The notes under the pieces: model-generated
Database searches by the model: none
The model's input: only the letters and a program-made list of their open reading frames with translations
Told to the model about the DNA's origin: nothing
Translations under genes and position numbers: made by a program
Assembly: GCA_038496445.1 (NCBI GenBank)
Contig: JALMLS010000417.1
Location: forward strand, 62,001 to 126,000
DNA: 64,000 nt
Direction: 5' to 3'
Origin: Trichosphaerium sp. ATCC 40318
Lineage: Eukaryota > Protista > Tubulinea
Shown here: positions 61,941-64,000 of the stretch, piece after piece
Layout: the number at the start of each line of letters is the position of its first letter
How positions within the stretch are numbered: the stretch's first letter is position 1

Positions 61941-64000
61941 GCGTCCTGAGTTACACTTGGCGACCTGCCTAAGTTAAGCATATCATTGGGGCAGAGGAAA
62001 GGAAACCAAAAGGGACTCCCTGAGTAGCGGCGAGCGAAAGGGGACAAGCTCAAGCCTGAATCCGAGCCTAGCATCGGAGTTGTGGGCTAAGGCGTGGTGG
62101 CTCTTCCAGACGTTGACGGGAATTACGCACGAGTCGTAGCCGTAGAGGGTGCGAGCCCCGTACGCTGTCAACCGAGGAAATAGAGTCCCATCGTCCAGGA
62201 GTAGTATGGTTTGGCCGTGCCATACGAAGTTACCGGGAGGTTACCCGGCAAGGCTAAGTATCGGGAGGTGGCCGATAGCGCACCAGTACCGTGAGGGAAG
62301 ACTGAAACAGCACTCCTCGATAGAGGGTTAAAAGACCCGAAGCCGGCAAGGGTACAAATGGCACGGAGTACGTAGGTGCCCTGCACCTAATCTGCACATG
62401 GCAGACGCTCTTGTAGCGAGGGAAAAGCGACCGGGGCCTTGTGCCCTGGAAGATTATAATGAAACAAAACGTCGAGGGAAGGTAACATAGAAGTGACCAA
62501 CACAAAAAAGTCATACTGGCTAATTGTGCTGTCCACACCATCCTACAAGCTGAAAAGCATAAAAACGTGGGTTTGGTTGAAAGGACATCAAAAAGCACTT
62601 TTAAACCTTTAAATGATGTTGGTTCACTGAAATTACTGAAACCTCCGAATGTACGTCTTCTTCCGAAAGGAACGAAGTTCGTCATTCATCGTCCACAACC
62701 TCAATGAGGCTCTATGCCCTTATTGGGCCATGGCCTCCGTGTATCCCGTCTTGAAACACGGATCAAGGAGTTCGCCGAGCGTGCGAGGGTGAGAGATCAA
62801 ACCTCCAACCCGCACAGAAATGAAGCCAAGGATAAGCTCCTAGGCCGTCAAGTTCTTTATAAAAAAACAAACGTATTACATTACATGTATAAGTTTGCAA
62901 AGATCGACATAAAAAACCGACTATGCTATTATCATGTTTTTATGTTACGCAAGTAATTAAAAACACGTCATACCAAAGTAGATACACTTTGCCATCTCCG
63001 GCGTTGTTCTCTTGGCAGGCGATAGTACGTTGGGCGATACCCGAAAGGTAGCGATCTATACCCGAAAAGGGGGAAGGCGGGAGAAATCCCGCTGGACGCC
63101 CGTAGCGTTGCTGACGTGCAAATCGCTCGCCGGACATTGGGTATAGGGGCGAGAGACCAAACGAGCTGCCAACGTAGCTGGTACCGTTCGAAGTATCCCT
63201 AAGGATAGAGGGGGTCCGTGACGCCGGTCTCGTCTCGTAGAGCCACTGGAAAGAGGTATCGGAGGCCAAAGTTGCCATCGACCTATTATCAAACACATAA
63301 GAGGCGACCGATCACAGGCCGAATGGCTGTGATCACCGAGACGGTGGACCCCTATTGGGCCGGTCTTGATAAGCAGGACTGACGAGACGGTTTTAAACGC
63401 GAGCAGCAGCAAAGGCGCCCGAATAGGCAGTAACCAAGACAACGAAGGCGGTGTTCCAGTTTAGACAGCTGGAAGGTGGACATGGAAGTCGTCATCCTCT
63501 AAGGAGTGAGTAACTTCTCACCAGCCGAATTGGGACGCGCCGAAAATGGATGGCGCTAAACTGCCTTAGCCGCCGCTGCGCGATCGCCCCGGCTCGGCCC
63601 AGGGTGCGGTAGGACGGCGTGCTGGTGGCGTAGAAGGGGGCGGTGGCGTCCACCCGGAGCCACCAGCAGTGATGATCTTGGTGGTAGTAGCAATTGGAGC
63701 CTGGTGAAACAGTGTTTATCACAGCCAGGTCGCCCAAGTGGGGAAGGGTTTCGCGGTGATGGCATTCAGCTGCGAGTTAGCCGGTCCTAAGCCAGCTCCT
63801 AATAGAGTATACTGTTTGATGCTGGCAGACGACACCTTGTTCAGATGAACTTTACGGTTCTGAAGACTGGTGGAAGTCTGCGATGCTTTCAACTCGGCGA
63901 AAGGCAACCTGGTGAGTAATCCAGGGCATGGGTAAGGAGGATGCATTTGCTTTAGAAGTGGCAACACTGAGAGAGAGAGCGCACGCGAGCAACCACACTT
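61941..64000 (+). rRNA. Divergent 28S (LSU) rRNA gene, 5' part, with AT-rich insertions in the D2 and D3 regions; continues past the window
   Basis: ACCTGCCTAAGTTAAGCATATCA, GAGTAGCGGCGAGCGAA, CAGTACCGTGAGGGAA, CCCGTCTTGAAACACGGATCAAGGAG, CTGACGTGCAAATCG, GATCTTGGTGGTAGTAGCAA. Confidence 0.95.

Noticed and set aside
58793-62988. rDNA inserts considered as spliceosomal or group I introns
   Set aside because: No GT..AG boundaries and no recognisable P7 motifs; they sit in variable regions rather than typical conserved intron sites (not formally excluded without Infernal)
58906-63967. Other ORFs on either strand inside the rDNA
   Set aside because: Chance frames over GC-rich rRNA; no protein motifs

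Overview
Compact, AT-rich, intron-dense eukaryotic nuclear DNA. The actin sequence is amoebozoan-like and the genetic code appears standard. Positions 1-55.9 kb hold about 20 closely packed protein genes, mostly with short GT-AG introns: a beta-helix-type surface protein, a steroid 5-alpha-reductase-like enzyme, a large type I membrane protein, an intronless GIY-YIG-like ORF, two F-box/LRR genes, a small Cys-rich protein, DPH2, a Rab32-like GTPase, a TIMP-like secreted protein, actin, a CUE+DUF3626 protein, a protein with about 7-8 tandem RGS domains, the CCA-adding enzyme, a ZZ-finger carboxylic-acid-reductase-like A-T-R enzyme, a DUSP, PIG-U and HIBADH. There is also an AT-rich, organelle/virus-style tRNA-Ile(GAT). 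From about 55.9 kb to the end lies the start of a very divergent rDNA unit: spacer/5'ETS, SSU, ITS1, 5.8S, ITS2 and the 5' part of the LSU. The most striking observations are: (i) the GC-rich SSU/LSU cores are interrupted by about 7 AT-rich blocks that share composition and A/C-rich boundary motifs with the real ITS1/ITS2, suggesting extra spacers and possibly a fragmented cytosolic SSU and LSU rRNA; (ii) an array of two hairpin families, one with clear compensatory base changes, lies upstream of the SSU; (iii) the palindrome CACGTG is strongly enriched in introns and intergenic DNA. All gene models were assembled by eye, so exon limits are approximate unless stated.
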